Shown piece after piece: positions 63,399 through 64,000 of a stretch of 64,000 nucleotides of DNA. Made by a program: the position numbers and the translations under genes. The stretch comes from Octopus sinensis. Its lineage: Eukaryota. Location of the stretch: the NCBI RefSeq assembly GCF_006345805.1, contig NC_043016.1:31434001-31498000 (forward strand). The letters run 5' to 3'. Below the pieces are notes generated by a model. It was not told the DNA's origin. It did not search any database and was given only the letters and a program-made list of their open reading frames with translations. Each line of letters begins with the position of its first letter. Position 1 is the stretch's first letter.

Positions 63399-63714
63399 TA
63401 TGTATTTAGTCTGCCAGTATGAACTAAGCGGTCAACATGTAATCTTTTATTGTATATCCTTTCCATTGATGATATTGCGTTCATATCTTATAAATGAATT
63501 TAATGGCTGAATTTAATGCTTTCTTCCAAGGAATCTAATGCTCTTAGTTTAGTTTTTCCTTGGGGCTGACCAGATAAGAGCAATCTCGAGTATAACCAGC
63601 TGAAATTGCAGAGATAATCTGGAATTCAACTGAGGAAAGAAAACTCTGAATGACCCGTCATTGTTTTCTTTGTATTGTCTATCTGGATGTTTTATTGTCC
63701 CATTTTGTATTTTT

Positions 63715-63745
<31 letters not shown>

Positions 63746-64000
63746 AGAGTTAATTAGAGGATATATTATTAACCTCATAAAGAGATGATTACATCCACAA
63801 CAACACTGGTTCTATACTTAATATTTTTGGGAAATAAAATTTACATGAATCAATAGGTATATATTATGCATATAATCAGTATTCAATTAATAGAAAAGAA
63901 AATGGACAGTTGAAAGTTAATAATTATTTGTTAATAAAGTGATACTTCATATTTCCTACAGCTGTTTCAATCGTGCTCATTAAATAAATTAGAAATTTAT

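Larger units (their letters stand above)
61530..63400. repeat. Nested direct and inverted repeat complex (Penelope-type ends)
   Basis: 61575-62000 matches 62991-63400. An inverted repeat of about 95 bp (61620-61715 vs 61845-61943) surrounds the hammerhead. A second inverted pair is 62448-62541 vs 62772-62862, and a related copy lies at 57285-57460. Confidence 0.9.

Noticed and set aside
1-64000. CRISPR arrays, rRNA genes and true tRNA genes
   Set aside because: No repeat-spacer arrays or rRNA sequence were seen; tRNA-like A/B boxes occur only as SINE heads without a cloverleaf.

Overview
AT-rich eukaryotic DNA dominated by repeats. The SINE, RTE-LINE and microsatellite complement resembles an Octopus (coleoid cephalopod) genome; this is inferred from the repeats, not from a database match. 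I can reconstruct one host gene, on the minus strand: TATA plus Inr promoter at about 53873-53905, a 37-nt non-coding exon 1 (53873-53837), exon 2 (37438-37341) encoding most of a signal peptide, and exon 3 (30533-29956). The joined CDS is 207 aa: a secreted, cysteine-free charge-block protein with an acidic N-terminal block, an RGRR site and a 116-aa Arg/Lys/Asn/Met-rich tail containing 12 consecutive x-N-R/K triplets. I do not recognise its family, and it is the best candidate for new biology here. The rest is transposon-derived: RTE, CR1/L2 and R4/NeSL-type LINE relics, Penelope GIY-YIG fragments with hammerhead ribozymes, Gypsy-type LTRs, a full-length decayed mariner, MITEs of several superfamilies and dozens of SINEs, several nested with intact target-site duplications. 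No rRNA, tRNA gene or CRISPR array was found. All coordinates and alignments were read by eye; repeat boundaries without a TSD are approximate.
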